DNA of 64,000 nt from Actinomycetes bacterium. GTDB lineage: Bacteria; Actinomycetota; Humimicrobiia; Humimicrobiales; Humimicrobiaceae. A program made the position numbers and the translations under genes. Under the pieces are notes generated by a model. The model worked only from the letters and a program-made list of their open reading frames with translations, made no database searches and was not told the DNA's origin. Of this stretch, positions 42,964-54,578 are shown one piece after another. The stretch covers positions 129,769 through 193,768 of the forward strand of contig JAIOXO010000001.1 of NCBI GenBank assembly GCA_022396035.1, read 5' to 3'. Numbering within the stretch: the first letter of the stretch is position 1; every line of letters begins with the position of its first letter.

Positions 42964-42970
42964 CGGATAG

Positions 42971-44113
42971 TTATTTTTCCTGCTGTTTTTTATTATTCAG
43001 CTTATCGATATCTATAACCTCATTTGACATTATCTTTACGCTGGGATGAATTATTATCCCATTTTCTATAACGCTTTTTGAACCGATTACCGCTTTCTCC
43101 AAAACCGATACTTTGTCCTTTATCTTGGCATCATAGCCAATGATGGCACCGATCAGCGAAGAATCCTTGCCGATATAACCGCTGCCCCATTTTATTCCCC
43201 TGTACAGTACTGCCCTCTGGTCCACTACCGTACTGTCTCCCAGTATAATGGGGCCGAACAGCTTGGCTTCTTTTTTTATGGTACAGTTATTGCCGATACA
43301 GACCGGGGGTATAATTATTACATCTTCTTCTATCTTGCAGTTCTTGCCTATCCATACCCCTTCTTTTATCTGTTTGCCGGATATTTTTACTTTTACCTTG
43401 CCTTCCAGGGCATCAAAATTTCCCTGCTGGTATTCATCCAGGCTGCCCACATCATTCCAGTACTGGGAATGGGTATAACCATAGTAGGGAATATCTTTGT
43501 CCAGCAGGTCGGGAAAAAGGTTCTTGCCAAAATCATAAAACTGCCCTGCAGGCATGTGCTCAAATATCTCCGGTTCAAATAAATATATGCCGCTATTGGC
43601 CAGATCCGATTTGGCTTCCCCACTTAAAGGCTTTTCCTGAAAACCGTAAATCCTTTTATCATCATCCAAAAGTACTACCCCGTACTGGGAAGTATCTTCC
43701 ACCCTGGTCAGTAGCATGGTGCAGATTCCGCCTTTCTGCTGGTGAAATTGGTTTGCCGCTCCCAGATCTATATCGGTAAGAGCATCGCCGCTTATAACCA
43801 GAAAGGGCTGGCCTTCAAAAAAATCCTCCACATTCTTAACCCCTCCGGCAGTACCCAGCAGTTCTTCTTCATAGGAATACACCAGGTTTACGCCCCACCG
43901 GGAGCCGTCCCCGAAATGATCTTTTATGGCTTCCGGATACCAGTGCAGGTTGCATACTATATCCTTGTAGCCGTGACCGGCCAGCAGGTCAATAATATGT
44001 TCCATTACCGGCTTATTTACAATAGGAGCCATGGGCTTGGATATCAAATCTGTCAGGGGCCTTAGCCTGGTGCCCAGGCCTGCCGCCAGTACCATTGCTT
44101 TTTTAGTTTTCAT
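42971..44113 (-). CDS. NDP-sugar pyrophosphorylase (mannose-1-phosphate guanylyltransferase-like)
   Basis: LAAGLGTRLRPLT, LGTAGG, FQEKP, WNDVG, C-terminal hexapeptide repeats. Confidence 0.88.
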   Translation of the reverse strand: MKTKKAMVLAAGLGTRLRPLTDLISKPMAPIVNKPVMEHIIDLLAGHGYKDIVCNLHWYPEAIKDHFGDGSRWGVNLVYSYEEELLGTAGGVKNVEDFFEGQPFLVISGDALTDIDLGAANQFHQQKGGICTMLLTRVEDTSQYGVVLLDDDKRIYGFQEKPLSGEAKSDLANSGIYLFEPEIFEHMPAGQFYDFGKNLFPDLLDKDIPYYGYTHSQYWNDVGSLDEYQQGNFDALEGKVKVKISGKQIKEGVWIGKNCKIEEDVIIIPPVCIGNNCTIKKEAKLFGPIILGDSTVVDQRAVLYRGIKWGSGYIGKDSSLIGAIIGYDAKIKDKVSVLEKAVIGSKSVIENGIIIHPSVKIMSNEVIDIDKLNNKKQQEK

Positions 44114-44115
44114 CT

Positions 44116-45180
44116 CTACACCAACTCCTGTTCCAATTTTGCAATATTTTCCACATAGGGGGGATAAATGGTCCCTTTTTCGGTGATTATCCCGGTTATA
44201 TCTTTGCTGCTGGTAACATCAAAAGAAGGATTTTCAACCGGTATATAATCAGGTATTATCCTGGTTCCCATTACCTCTCTGACCTCCCGGCCATCCCTCT
44301 GTTCAATAGGTATCTGGTCTCCGCTGTGCATGTCAAAGTCAATAGTGGAAACCGGAGCTGCTATAAAAAAAGGTATACGGTAATGCCGGGCCAGGACTGA
44401 AAGCCCCAGGGTCCCAATCTTGTTGGCGCTGTCTCCGTTTTTAGCCACCCTGTCTGCGCCTACCACCACTACATTTACTTCTTTTCTGGACATGAAAAAG
44501 GCAGCCATATTATCGGTTATAACTGTACAGGGTATGCCCTCCTGATAAAGCTCCCAGGAAGTAAGCCTGGCCCCCTGGAGATAAGGCCTGGTTTCATCCA
44601 CCAGCACCCTTTCTATCCTGTGGTTCTCATGCAGGCTCCGGATTACCCCCAGGGCAGTTCCATACCCTGCGGTAGCCAGCGCCCCTGCATTGCAGTGGGT
44701 GAGTACCGAAAGCTTATTTTTAGCCAGACCCCTTATGGCAATCAAACCATTTCTGCCAATGGCTTTGTTTGTTTCTATATCTTCCTGCTCTATTTTTTTA
44801 GCCTCCGTCTCCAGCACCTGCTTTATATGGTCAATGCTTTCCCCTATATTTTTATCCAACAGTTTTTCCATCCTGGACAGGGCCCAGAAAAGGTTCACCG
44901 CCGTAGGCCTGGATTTGGACAGCAGGTGCACTCCTTTCCTTACCAGAGATAAAAATTCATCCTTGCTGTCTCCGGTATACTGGTTTGCCGCCAGGGTTAC
45001 CCCGTAGGCAGCAGCTACCCCGATAGCCGGAGCGCCCCTTACCACCATATCCCTGATGGCCCGGGCAGTACTGCCAGCGTCCCTGCATATTAAATATTCT
45101 TCCCTGAAGGGAAGTTTTCTCTGATCAATCAGCTCCAGTGAGGTGCCCTTCCATTTAAGGGTTAGGTTCCTATCTCCCAT
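44116..45180 (-). CDS. mtnA: S-methyl-5-thioribose-1-phosphate isomerase
   Basis: [39 protein letters not shown]. Confidence 0.95.
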   Translation of the reverse strand: MGDRNLTLKWKGTSLELIDQRKLPFREEYLICRDAGSTARAIRDMVVRGAPAIGVAAAYGVTLAANQYTGDSKDEFLSLVRKGVHLLSKSRPTAVNLFWALSRMEKLLDKNIGESIDHIKQVLETEAKKIEQEDIETNKAIGRNGLIAIRGLAKNKLSVLTHCNAGALATAGYGTALGVIRSLHENHRIERVLVDETRPYLQGARLTSWELYQEGIPCTVITDNMAAFFMSRKEVNVVVVGADRVAKNGDSANKIGTLGLSVLARHYRIPFFIAAPVSTIDFDMHSGDQIPIEQRDGREVREVMGTRIIPDYIPVENPSFDVTSSKDITGIITEKGTIYPPYVENIAKLEQELV

Positions 45181-46442
45181 GAATTTAAATACTCCTCCTG
45201 CTCCGGGGTTAATTTATCAATGGTAACTCCCATGGTCTGGAGTTTTATCTTTGCAATTCTTTCATCTATAGCTTGGGGTACCGGATATACTTTCTTCTCC
45301 AGGGTATCTGCCTGCCCGTATATATACTCGGCGCTTAAGGCCTGGTTGGCAAAACTCATATCCATAACGCTGGCAGGATGTCCTTCCGCTGCTCCCAGAT
45401 TTACCAGCCTGCCCTGGGCCAGAAGATAAATTCTTCTGCCGTCTTTCATTTTGTATTCAGTGACAAAAGGCCTTACCTCCCTGTTGGAAACACTGTTCTG
45501 CTTTAAATAATTTATATCAATCTCTGCATCAAAATGTCCTGAATTGGCAACTATGGTCCGGTCTTTGCAGCTCTTGAGCACAGGCTCACCGATAACATTT
45601 TTATTTCCGGTAACCGATAAAAATATATCTCCCACTTTAGCTGCCTCGGTATTGGTCATAACCTCAAACCCGTCCATCTTTGCTTCCAGGGCCTTCAGGG
45701 GGTCAATTTCCAGCACCACTACCGATGCTCCCATTCCCCTGGCTCTCATGGCTACGCCTCTGCCGCACCATCCATAGCCCACTACCACAAATTTCTTTCC
45801 GGCAATAAGGACATTGGTAGCCCGGAGTATGCCGTCTATGGTGCTCTGACCGGTACCATAGCGGTTATCAAAAAAGTGTTTGGTTTTGGCATCATTAACC
45901 GCTACTATGGGATAACCCAGTACTTTTTTTGCTTCCATGCTCTTTAACCTTATAACCCCGGTAGTGGTTTCCTCGGTTCCGCCCAGCATATTGTCCAGAA
46001 GCTCCTTCCTGCTGCTGTGCAGACAGGAAACTACATCCGCCCCGTCATCCATGGAAATCCTGGGTTTGGTGTCCAGAACACTGTTTATATGCTGGTAATA
46101 GGTATCATTATCTTCACCTTTAATAGCAAATACTGATATGCCGTAATCCTTTACCAGGGAAGCAGCCACATCATCCTGGGTGCTTAAGGGGTTGGAGGCG
46201 CACAGGGAAACCTTCGCTCCCCCTTCCTTTAAGGTAATCATTAAATTGGCGGTTTCGCTGGTAACATGCAGGCATGCCCCCAGGATCAGGCCCTTAAGGA
46301 TTTTGCTTTTGGAAAACTCATCCCTTATCCCTGCCAGCACCGGCATATCCTGCCCGGCCCATTCAATCTTGTTTTTGCCCTCGGCAGCCAGGCTTAAATC
46401 TTTTACGTCATACTCCATTTTAATCCTTTCTAAATTAATCAA
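45162..46442 (-). CDS. ahcY: Adenosylhomocysteinase (start probably ATG 46418)
   Basis: [44 protein letters not shown]. Confidence 0.97.
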   Translation of the reverse strand: MINLERIKMEYDVKDLSLAAEGKNKIEWAGQDMPVLAGIRDEFSKSKILKGLILGACLHVTSETANLMITLKEGGAKVSLCASNPLSTQDDVAASLVKDYGISVFAIKGEDNDTYYQHINSVLDTKPRISMDDGADVVSCLHSSRKELLDNMLGGTEETTTGVIRLKSMEAKKVLGYPIVAVNDAKTKHFFDNRYGTGQSTIDGILRATNVLIAGKKFVVVGYGWCGRGVAMRARGMGASVVVLEIDPLKALEAKMDGFEVMTNTEAAKVGDIFLSVTGNKNVIGEPVLKSCKDRTIVANSGHFDAEIDINYLKQNSVSNREVRPFVTEYKMKDGRRIYLLAQGRLVNLGAAEGHPASVMDMSFANQALSAEYIYGQADTLEKKVYPVPQAIDERIAKIKLQTMGVTIDKLTPEQEEYLNSWEIGT

Positions 46443-47508
46443 GCTTGGAAAGCTCTGCTTTCAGTTTCTCAATTTTTTCCACAGGGGTGGGGTCTACTCC
46501 ATGGTAGAGCGCCAGATATACACTGGTTATATCTCCGGTGTACAGGGTTGACAGCGCCCGGGCAAACCTGCTTTTACCCTTTACCGGAACCTCTATCACC
46601 TTCCCCAGATTATCCTCAATCAGCTTTCTGGTGGCCTCTATGCGGGCCTCGATCCTCTTATTGCCCTGCTGCTGGGTGAAGATTATCAATACAAAATTTT
46701 TTGTTACCGGTGCCAGCCTGTCCCAGCCCACGGTTTCATTATGGTTAAGCTCCGGAAACTGTGCCCAGAAACAGGGGGTCTTGGCATTTTCATTTATCTC
46801 GCATTTCCACCGGTAGGCAATAGGCCCAAGATACCCTTCCTGGCCGTATACCACCGGCAGCCGGTCTCCTATCATCACTGCCAGTTGCTTGGCGTAATTT
46901 TTTTCATAGGGGTTGTTGCGGTTAAATTGCCGGCCCAGCTGTTTAACCATATCCAGGCCTTCCTGTATATCCCCGGCATCAGTATCAATTAAGCCCAGCC
47001 TGCCCAGGGCCATATAAGCGGGCATAAACAGATATCCAAAAGCTCCCCGGGGCTGGTAGCCGGAGGGCAGGCTTATAAGGGAGACATCATCATAATCCGC
47101 CGCCAGCTGTTTCAGCTTTCCTCCTGAGGTTATAAACAGCATGGCTGCCCCGATGCCGGCTGCCTGCTTTACACAGGAAATAGTCTCTTCGGTATTTCCG
47201 GAATAACTGGAAGCTACCACCAGCCAGTCCTTGGTAACATAGGCGGGCAGATTATAGCCTTTTACCGCTACCAGATTCACCCCGGCGCTGTGGGCAGCCA
47301 GGGAAGCAATTATGTCCCCGCTGATGCCGGAGCCTCCCATCCCCACAAACACCAGGCCTGAATATTTCTTGCCGGCAATCTGGCTTAAATCAGCTGCTTC
47401 AGCAATTTTTTGGCCTTCCAGCAATTGGTTATAAAAATTTTCCTCAACCTCAAGCATCCCCTGGGGGTCCAGTTGCTCAATTTTATTTATATCATCCAAT
47501 GTATTCAA
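46435..47508 (-). CDS. Bifunctional phosphoglucose/phosphomannose isomerase (SIS)
   Basis: [30 protein letters not shown]. Confidence 0.9.
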   Translation of the reverse strand: MNTLDDINKIEQLDPQGMLEVEENFYNQLLEGQKIAEAADLSQIAGKKYSGLVFVGMGGSGISGDIIASLAAHSAGVNLVAVKGYNLPAYVTKDWLVVASSYSGNTEETISCVKQAAGIGAAMLFITSGGKLKQLAADYDDVSLISLPSGYQPRGAFGYLFMPAYMALGRLGLIDTDAGDIQEGLDMVKQLGRQFNRNNPYEKNYAKQLAVMIGDRLPVVYGQEGYLGPIAYRWKCEINENAKTPCFWAQFPELNHNETVGWDRLAPVTKNFVLIIFTQQQGNKRIEARIEATRKLIEDNLGKVIEVPVKGKSRFARALSTLYTGDITSVYLALYHGVDPTPVEKIEKLKAELSKLD

Positions 47509-47544
47509 ATTAATAACACCTGCCTTTATTTATACTACAAACTT

Positions 47545-48996
47545 TTACCCTAATATTCCATCAATAACTTTTTTACCTGTCTTCAGCAGCCCTTTCAGTT
47601 TTTGGGCACTGCTGCTTTCTGCATACAGCCTTACCACTGCCTCGGTGCCTGAAGGCCTTATCATCAGCCAGCTGCCGTCCCCGGTTATATATTTGTAGCC
47701 GTCAATGGTCACCACCTTGTCTATCTGCAGTGATTCTATGGGTGCCGGCACCCTTTTATCCAGAAGCTGGGACAGCCTGCTCTTCTGATCCCTGGTTACT
47801 TCCATATCTATCCGGTCATAAACAAAATAGCCAAACCGCTCATAGATATCATCAAGTATCCGGCTGATGGATTTTTGTTTCAAGCTGGCTATCTCCACCA
47901 GCTTAAGGCCCATAAGCATGCCGTCTCTTTCCGGTATGTTTCCATAGCACCACAGCCCGCCGCTTTCTTCTCCTCCCATAATTACATTGCCTTCCATTAT
48001 CTTCTGGCCAATGTATTTAAATCCTATGGGGGTGGTTACCAGCTCCAGGCCGTAATGGTCACATATGCGGTCAATTATGGAGGAAGTAGAGACAGTTTTC
48101 ACTACCCTGCCTTCAAGCTTGCGGTCACCGGCTAGATGGTCAAGCACTACCGCAAAGATATGGTGGCTGCTGATATAGCTTCCATCTCCGGCTAAAGCGC
48201 CTATGCGGTCAGCATCCCCGTCAAGGCATATGGCCATATCCAGGTTATGGCTGGCCAGATACTGCCGGGCCTGATTAAGGTTTTCGCCAATAGGTTCGGG
48301 AGCCAGTCCGCCAAAGGAAGGGTTTATTTCCGAATGTATCTCTGCAACCTCACTTTTTACCAGGCTGCTTACAATATCGCGGTAAATCTTCTGTCCTGCC
48401 CCGTACATGGGGTCTATAAGCAACCCAAAATTATATTTCTTTATAACCTCGGTGTCCACCAGGCCCAGTATATGGTCCCGGTAGCCAGAGATAAAGTCTT
48501 CACTGGTGATATTCTGCTCCGGGTTAGCGCTGTCCCGGGCCAGGCAGCGATAAAAAAGGCCGTCAGCTATGCCCCGGTTTACCCTCTTTTCGATTTTTTC
48601 TATGATATCCATGGTAGCGGAACCGCCATAAGGGCCCTTCACCTTGTACCCGTTATACATATAGGGATTATGGCTGGCAGTTATCATGATTCCCAGGTCC
48701 GCGCCGCGGTCCACCACTGCATGGGAAAGCACCGGGGTAGGGACAGCAGTCTCCGATATCATGGTCTTAACCTGGTTGGCCCCGAATACATCACCGGCAA
48801 TATGGGCAAACCGGTCCGATAAGAACCTGGTATCATAGCCAATAACTATCTTGCGCCGGTCGCTATCAATATTTGCTTTATGCTCCAGGTATTCGCATAC
48901 TCCCTGGGTTACCACTTTTACATTTTCAAAGGTAAACTGGTCAGCTATTACATCTCTCCACCCATCAGTGCCGAACTGGATGCTTTTTTCATTCAT
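47545..48996 (-). CDS. Phosphoglucomutase/phosphomannomutase
   Basis: FGTDGWR, TASHNP, DGDADR, GEESGG, RPSGTE. Confidence 0.93.
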   Translation of the reverse strand: MNEKSIQFGTDGWRDVIADQFTFENVKVVTQGVCEYLEHKANIDSDRRKIVIGYDTRFLSDRFAHIAGDVFGANQVKTMISETAVPTPVLSHAVVDRGADLGIMITASHNPYMYNGYKVKGPYGGSATMDIIEKIEKRVNRGIADGLFYRCLARDSANPEQNITSEDFISGYRDHILGLVDTEVIKKYNFGLLIDPMYGAGQKIYRDIVSSLVKSEVAEIHSEINPSFGGLAPEPIGENLNQARQYLASHNLDMAICLDGDADRIGALAGDGSYISSHHIFAVVLDHLAGDRKLEGRVVKTVSTSSIIDRICDHYGLELVTTPIGFKYIGQKIMEGNVIMGGEESGGLWCYGNIPERDGMLMGLKLVEIASLKQKSISRILDDIYERFGYFVYDRIDMEVTRDQKSRLSQLLDKRVPAPIESLQIDKVVTIDGYKYITGDGSWLMIRPSGTEAVVRLYAESSSAQKLKGLLKTGKKVIDGILG

Positions 48997-49007
48997 GTTA
49001 ATACTTT

Positions 49008-49979
49008 CTATACTAGTTTTTTTAACCTATTATAATCATACTCTACCATTATTTTAACCAGCTGCTCAAAATCTACCTCCGGCTTCCAGCCCAGAACCTC
49101 CCTGGCTTTTGAAGAGTCGCCCACCAGGAGATCAACCTCGGCCGGACGCAAAAACCGGGGGTCAACTTTTACATATTTTTCCCAGTCCAGGTCAAGACAG
49201 CTGAAGGCAGCCTCCACCCATTCTTTTACCGTATGGGTGTGGTCGGTGGATACCACATAGTCAGAAGGACTGTCCTGCTGCAGCATCATCCACATGGCCT
49301 GCACATAATCTCGGGCATAACCCCAGTCTCTCTTGGAATCCAGGTTGCCCAGGTAAAGGGCATCGGACAGCCCTAACTTTATCCTGGCCACCCCATCGGT
49401 TACCTTCTTGGTTACAAATTCAAGCCCCCTGCGGGGTGATTCATGGTTAAACAGGATTCCGCAGCAGGCAAACAGGTCATAGCTTTCCCGGTAATTAACG
49501 GTTATATAATGACCGTAAGCTTTGGCCACCCCATAAGGGCTCCGGGGGTAAAAAGGAGTATCCTCATTCTGGGGTACCTCCCTGACCTTGCCAAACATCT
49601 CTGAACTGGATGCCTGGTAATACTTTATATCCTTACCCATATTTTTTAATCCTTCCAGCATCCTGGTAACCCCCAGCCCGGTAAATTCTCCGGTAAGCAC
49701 CGGCTGTTTCCAGGAGGTGGGAACAAAAGACATAGCTGCCAGGTTGTAGATTTCATCAGGATCAGATTCTTTTATGGCATTAACAATAGAAAGCTGGTCC
49801 AAAAGGTCTGCCTGCACAAATTTTATCTTATGCTTAATATGTTCAATCCTGTACAGGTTTTCTACCGAAGACCTCCTTATCATCCCATAAACTTCGTATC
49901 CCTTGTCCAATAGAAGTTCTGCCAGATAAGAACCGTCCTGGCCGGTTATGCCGGTAATCAATGCTCTCAATTTGTTCAC
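49008..49979 (-). CDS. gmd: GDP-mannose 4,6-dehydratase
   Basis: [39 protein letters not shown]. Confidence 0.95.
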   Translation of the reverse strand: MNKLRALITGITGQDGSYLAELLLDKGYEVYGMIRRSSVENLYRIEHIKHKIKFVQADLLDQLSIVNAIKESDPDEIYNLAAMSFVPTSWKQPVLTGEFTGLGVTRMLEGLKNMGKDIKYYQASSSEMFGKVREVPQNEDTPFYPRSPYGVAKAYGHYITVNYRESYDLFACCGILFNHESPRRGLEFVTKKVTDGVARIKLGLSDALYLGNLDSKRDWGYARDYVQAMWMMLQQDSPSDYVVSTDHTHTVKEWVEAAFSCLDLDWEKYVKVDPRFLRPAEVDLLVGDSSKAREVLGWKPEVDFEQLVKIMVEYDYNRLKKLV

Positions 49980-50003
49980 CTCTCGCTTTTAGTTTTAAAT
50001 CAA

Positions 50004-51119
50004 TTAGAATTGTATTTGGCCTGATTGTATCCTGGAATTTATACAGATCTTTATTCCATTTTTAAGTACATTGTTTTTAGCAATTACACTGTTGTCCCCG
50101 ATTAAAGAAATGCCTTCCACCCTGACATTTTCATTTATTTTTACATTTTTGGATAATATGGAATTCTTTATTACTGAATCCTTGCCCACCCTGCAGTTGT
50201 TAAATAATATGCTGCCGGAAATTTCTGCCCCTGCGCTTATATAGCAGTTATCCCCTATAACCGTGAGGGGAAGAATTCTGGCTCCCGGCTCAATTATGGT
50301 GCCATGGCCGATTACCACTGGCCCGGAAGCAAAATTGGAATCATCGTACTTGGCCTTGTCGGCAATATAGATACCGGGTTTCTTCCGGGGATAGGGAAAA
50401 TCAAAATCAATCTTCTGGTCCAGAATGTCATGATGGGCGGCCAGATATTTTTCCGGAGTTCCCACGTCCAGCCAGTAGGTCTCGGAACGGAAGCCGTAAA
50501 TATTGTATCCTTCAGCCAGGGCCTTGGGAAACAGGCCTCGCTCAAAGGAATAATTGACTCCTTCCGGAACCATATCCATTACCCGGGGCTCTATGATATA
50601 GGTGCCGGCATTGATAAGGTCGGTGGTTATTTCTTCCTCACTGGGTTTTTCCAGAAACTCTGTAACCCTTCCGTCTTTGTCAATAGGTACCAGCCCATAG
50701 GCGGAAGGATCCTCTACCGGAGTAAGGGAGATGGTTATATCTGACTTCTTCTGCTCATGGTAACCTATCATATCTGTAAGGTTCAGGGAGGTAAGAATGT
50801 CTCCGTTAAACACCATAAATCTTTCTCCTCCCAGATATTTTTCTACATTCTTTACCGCGCCGCAGGTTCCCAGCGGGCTGTCTTCTACTACATAGGTTAT
50901 ATTTACTCCCAGCCTGGAACCGTCGCCAAAATAATTCTTGAACACAGAGGGCAGGTAACCGGTGGAAAAAATGATATCTTTTATACCATGGGATTTAAGC
51001 CTGTCTATAAAGTTGTGCATAAAGGGTCGGTTTACCAATGGAAGCATGGGTTTGGGGTTCAGGTAAGTAATCGGTCTCAGCCTGGTTCCCTTACCTCCTA
51101 CCAGTATTACTGCTTTCAC
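50004..51119 (-). CDS. NDP-sugar pyrophosphorylase (mannose-1-phosphate guanylyltransferase-like), second paralog
   Basis: LVGGKGTRLRP, PKPMLP, FNGDIL, FLEKP, WLDVGTP. Confidence 0.88.
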   Translation of the reverse strand: MKAVILVGGKGTRLRPITYLNPKPMLPLVNRPFMHNFIDRLKSHGIKDIIFSTGYLPSVFKNYFGDGSRLGVNITYVVEDSPLGTCGAVKNVEKYLGGERFMVFNGDILTSLNLTDMIGYHEQKKSDITISLTPVEDPSAYGLVPIDKDGRVTEFLEKPSEEEITTDLINAGTYIIEPRVMDMVPEGVNYSFERGLFPKALAEGYNIYGFRSETYWLDVGTPEKYLAAHHDILDQKIDFDFPYPRKKPGIYIADKAKYDDSNFASGPVVIGHGTIIEPGARILPLTVIGDNCYISAGAEISGSILFNNCRVGKDSVIKNSILSKNVKINENVRVEGISLIGDNSVIAKNNVLKNGIKICINSRIQSGQIQF

Positions 51120-51121
51120 TT

Positions 51122-52075
51122 TTAGCTCCTCTCCTCTTTTTTTACTTTATCTCTCCACCAGTTCAGGGTATCTGCAAGCGATTGTTCAAGCCGGTAGCCG
51201 GGCTGCCAGCCGGTATCAGCCTTAAGCCTGCTGTTGTCCCCATATATAGAGGGTATATCTATGGGCCTGAATTTTTTTTCATCTATCTTTACCTCAATAC
51301 GGTCACTGGCAGTACTCAGCCCTATAAGTGTTCCCAGTATATCCGCTATTTTTATCTTCTTGCCGCTGCATACATTGTATGCCTGGCCATTTTTCCCTTT
51401 TTCCAGGATCGAAATGTAAGCGGCCACCACATCCCTGACATCCAGAAAATCACGGTATGCCTCCAGATTACCCACCTTTATTACCGGATCGGTTCTGCCC
51501 TGCTCTATTCCGGCTATCTGCCGGGCAAAGTCACTGCATACAAATCTGTCCGACTGGCCGGGGCCCATATGGTTAAAAGAACGGGTAACCAGTACATTTA
51601 GCCGGTAAGCCTTGCTGTAGGTAAGAGCAAAAAAATCAAGGGCTGCCTTGCTTATGGCATAGGGATTCTGGGGAAAGATAGGAAACTTTTCATCTATGGC
51701 CTGCTGCTGGTCCGGTTCCCCGTACTCCTCTGCGGTACATACCGCCAGCACCCGGCAGCCGGGTCTATGCCTTTTGACCGAATTGAGCAGGTTTACACCC
51801 CCGAACACATTGGTGCTGAAAGTATCTATGGGGTTTTCCCAGGAATGGGATACCGATGCCTGGGCAGCCAGATGGTAGATCCGGTCCGGCTTAAACTCTT
51901 CTATCAGGCCGTCCACTTTATCTCCGCTGGTCAGGTCAATATCTCTGGACTGAATCCGGGAATCTATATTGTCTGGATTTATATCTATTCCTAAAATCTT
52001 GTGATTTTGTTCTAGCAGCAGCCCGGCCAGATGCCTGCCCACAAAACCCGCTGCCCCGGTTATTATTATATTCAA
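51122..52075 (-). CDS. GDP-4-dehydro-6-deoxy-D-mannose reductase-like SDR (Rmd-like)
   Basis: ITGAAGFVG, HLAAQASV, NPYAISK, RSFNHMGPGQ, RDFLDVRDV; near gmd. Confidence 0.8.
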   Translation of the reverse strand: MNIIITGAAGFVGRHLAGLLLEQNHKILGIDINPDNIDSRIQSRDIDLTSGDKVDGLIEEFKPDRIYHLAAQASVSHSWENPIDTFSTNVFGGVNLLNSVKRHRPGCRVLAVCTAEEYGEPDQQQAIDEKFPIFPQNPYAISKAALDFFALTYSKAYRLNVLVTRSFNHMGPGQSDRFVCSDFARQIAGIEQGRTDPVIKVGNLEAYRDFLDVRDVVAAYISILEKGKNGQAYNVCSGKKIKIADILGTLIGLSTASDRIEVKIDEKKFRPIDIPSIYGDNSRLKADTGWQPGYRLEQSLADTLNWWRDKVKKEERS

Positions 52076-52153
52076 AAGTAAATACTCCTAAATCTGTAGC
52101 CTGAAAAATATATAAACCATTTTAATATAAAAAGCAAACTATACAAACTAAAA

Positions 52154-53041
52154 TTAAACACCGGATGATTTTGTAAATATTTTTTTAAAAAAAGTAAACA
52201 AAAACCTGAGTACCAGAACCATCAGAAGAAGGGGGAGAAAAATTACCCTCCAGTTATTCCGATGATGCTTTAAGTAGAAATAGAATACGCTTTTCTGCAT
52301 CCTGAAAGATGCCCTTATATCCCTGCCCCGGCTGCTGCCCCCCACATGGTGAAGAACCTGGCTGTAAGGATAATAGTAAACCTTCCATCCCTTTTTCCAC
52401 ATACGGTAGCACAGGTCCAGATCTTCTACATACATAAAATACTTTTCATCCAGCAGCCCCACCTGGTCTAAGGCCTGCCTGCGGATAGCCATGCAGGACC
52501 CTGACACCCAGTCCACAGTCAACGGTCTGCTTTTATCCATTCCTTCCAGCTTATAGCCTCTGGTAAAAGGGTTATTGGGATAAACCGCTACCAGCAGACT
52601 GTGCAAAGCGGCATTGAACATGGAGGGAAACCTGCGGCAGGAGGGCTGCAGGGTGCCATCGCTGTTTATGATTTTTGGCCCGGCTATAGCTGCTTCCTCC
52701 TGGCTTTCCAAAAAATCAATCAAACCTTTCACAGCACCGGGGTAAACCTGGCAGTCGCTGTTTATAAGGATTATATAATCTGAATCAAATGCTTTAACAA
52801 CCTTGTTGTTGGCAGCAGCAAAACCTATATTTTCAGTACCGGCTATCAGCTCTACCCACCGGTAGCGGCTGCTTATATATTCTGCAGTGCCATCGCTGGA
52901 AGCATTGTCCACCACCACCGTCCTGCAGCTGAATCCAGGCGGGTTTTCTTTTATTGATTGCAGTAAATCTAGCACATAGTTAAGGCTGTTGTAACTGACT
53001 ATGCTTATCAGCAGTTTAGTTTTTTCTTTGTTTTCTGGCAA
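52154..53041 (-). CDS. Family 2 glycosyltransferase (WbbL-like)
   Basis: VVDNASSDG, NIGFAAANN, NSD, DWVSGSC, FMYVEDLDLC. Confidence 0.88.
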   Translation of the reverse strand: MPENKEKTKLLISIVSYNSLNYVLDLLQSIKENPPGFSCRTVVVDNASSDGTAEYISSRYRWVELIAGTENIGFAAANNKVVKAFDSDYIILINSDCQVYPGAVKGLIDFLESQEEAAIAGPKIINSDGTLQPSCRRFPSMFNAALHSLLVAVYPNNPFTRGYKLEGMDKSRPLTVDWVSGSCMAIRRQALDQVGLLDEKYFMYVEDLDLCYRMWKKGWKVYYYPYSQVLHHVGGSSRGRDIRASFRMQKSVFYFYLKHHRNNWRVIFLPLLLMVLVLRFLFTFFKKIFTKSSGV

Positions 53042-53097
53042 TAGTGCAATAATCTTTTTTACTGTATTTTAATATATTTAGGCCGCTACCGCCATAA

Positions 53098-53685
53098 TCA
53101 ACTTGGAGCCAGAAGCAAACCAATGCTTTCCTTTGCCAGTTTGGCCCAGTCGGTGCTGTGGGGATCAAGCATTCCCTGTACCATAAACCCTATGGTAAGG
53201 GAAAAAAGGGTCTTGGAACAGTCCTCTACGTTTACTTTTCTTATAGATCCCTGCTTTATTCCCTGTTCTACCACGTAACTAAAAAAAGATGTGAACTTCT
53301 CATGGGTCCTCCGGCTTATGGAGTTAAGCTGGGGATCGCTTAACCCTTTAACATAAAGCTCTAAGAACAGGTTAAGCTGGCCCTTCACTTTGGTAAAGGC
53401 CGGTTTCATGGATTCAGGCAGGCTCATAAGCAGCTCCAAAAAGTTGACCTGGCCTTCTTCTATGGGGCCTATCTGCCGGGCCACTTCCTCTATCCATTTA
53501 TCCATCAGTATAAGCATAAGCTGCTGTTTGCTTTTAAAATGGTGGTAGAAAGCGCCCTTGCTTATACCCGCCTGGCTGCATATGTCCTCAACCCCGCTTT
53601 CATTAAATCCCTTGTCTGAAAATACCTCTGCTGCAGCGCTTATGATGCTGCTCCGGGTATCTATCCTTCTCTGTTCCTGGGTCAT
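53098..53685 (-). CDS. TetR/AcrR-family regulator
   Basis: N-terminal HTH: AAAEVFSDKGF, AGISKGAFYHHFKSK. Confidence 0.92.
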   Translation of the reverse strand: MTQEQRRIDTRSSIISAAAEVFSDKGFNESGVEDICSQAGISKGAFYHHFKSKQQLMLILMDKWIEEVARQIGPIEEGQVNFLELLMSLPESMKPAFTKVKGQLNLFLELYVKGLSDPQLNSISRRTHEKFTSFFSYVVEQGIKQGSIRKVNVEDCSKTLFSLTIGFMVQGMLDPHSTDWAKLAKESIGLLLAPS

Positions 53686-54575
53686 GGTACCGTCCTGGCT
53701 ACATAATTGCTAAGTTCGCTGCCTTTCAGCAGCTTAATTTTATCCCTTACCTTTTCCCGGTAAGAAGATACGTAATATACGGCAGGGCCGCTTCCGGCAA
53801 GGTGCAGGGGGGTTATGCCCAGCGATTTGAGTTTATCCATCCAGTAGCCAAACTTCTCAAACTCCCGCTCATATACCAGCTCAAACACATTGAACAGGCC
53901 GGCCTGGAAATTATTGCCCGACTGCCTGGTAATCTTGCCCAGAAGTTTATTGCTGTATTCTCCTCCGGTGTAATGGCCGGAATTTATATAGGAATAGAGC
54001 CTGGCTGTTTTATTGGGCATACTCAATGGCAGCAGTATTACTGCCATCCACTTGGTGTCCACCGCCTCCAGTTTCTCTACCTTTTCTCCCCTTCCCTTAA
54101 CCATACAGGTGCCCCCGTATATAAAGTAGGGGACATCCGACCCTATTTTAGCTCCCAGCCCCAGCAGTTCCTCCAGGGTGAGCCCCAGTTTCCATAACTG
54201 GTTCAGGCCCCTCAGGGTTGCAGCAGCATCGCTGGAGCCCCCTCCCAGACCAGCAGCTGAAGGTATGTTCTTTCTAAGCTGTATCAATGCTCCTCCGGGG
54301 TAACCTGTTTCCTGCTTGAGCAGCAGTGCTGCCCGGTATACCAGGTTATCAAATAAATAATTGTTATTATCCTCCCCGAAAAGCATATCTTTTTCAGGGA
54401 GGCCTGAATATTCGGGTACCACCTGAATCCAGTCATTTTCCCAGAAAGTCAAAACATCACATATATCAATAGTCTGCATTACCGATTCAATATCATGATA
54501 GCCGTCATTCCTTTTACCTATAATTTCCAGGGTCAGGTTTACCTTTGCCGGAGCTATTTCACATATCATACCCAT
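53682..54575 (-). CDS. ispE: 4-diphosphocytidyl-2-C-methyl-D-erythritol kinase
   Basis: APAKVNL, GYHDIES, KNIPSAAGLGGGSSDAA, GSDVP, GRGE. Confidence 0.92.
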   Translation of the reverse strand: MGMICEIAPAKVNLTLEIIGKRNDGYHDIESVMQTIDICDVLTFWENDWIQVVPEYSGLPEKDMLFGEDNNNYLFDNLVYRAALLLKQETGYPGGALIQLRKNIPSAAGLGGGSSDAAATLRGLNQLWKLGLTLEELLGLGAKIGSDVPYFIYGGTCMVKGRGEKVEKLEAVDTKWMAVILLPLSMPNKTARLYSYINSGHYTGGEYSNKLLGKITRQSGNNFQAGLFNVFELVYEREFEKFGYWMDKLKSLGITPLHLAGSGPAVYYVSSYREKVRDKIKLLKGSELSNYVARTVP

Positions 54576-54578
54576 AAC

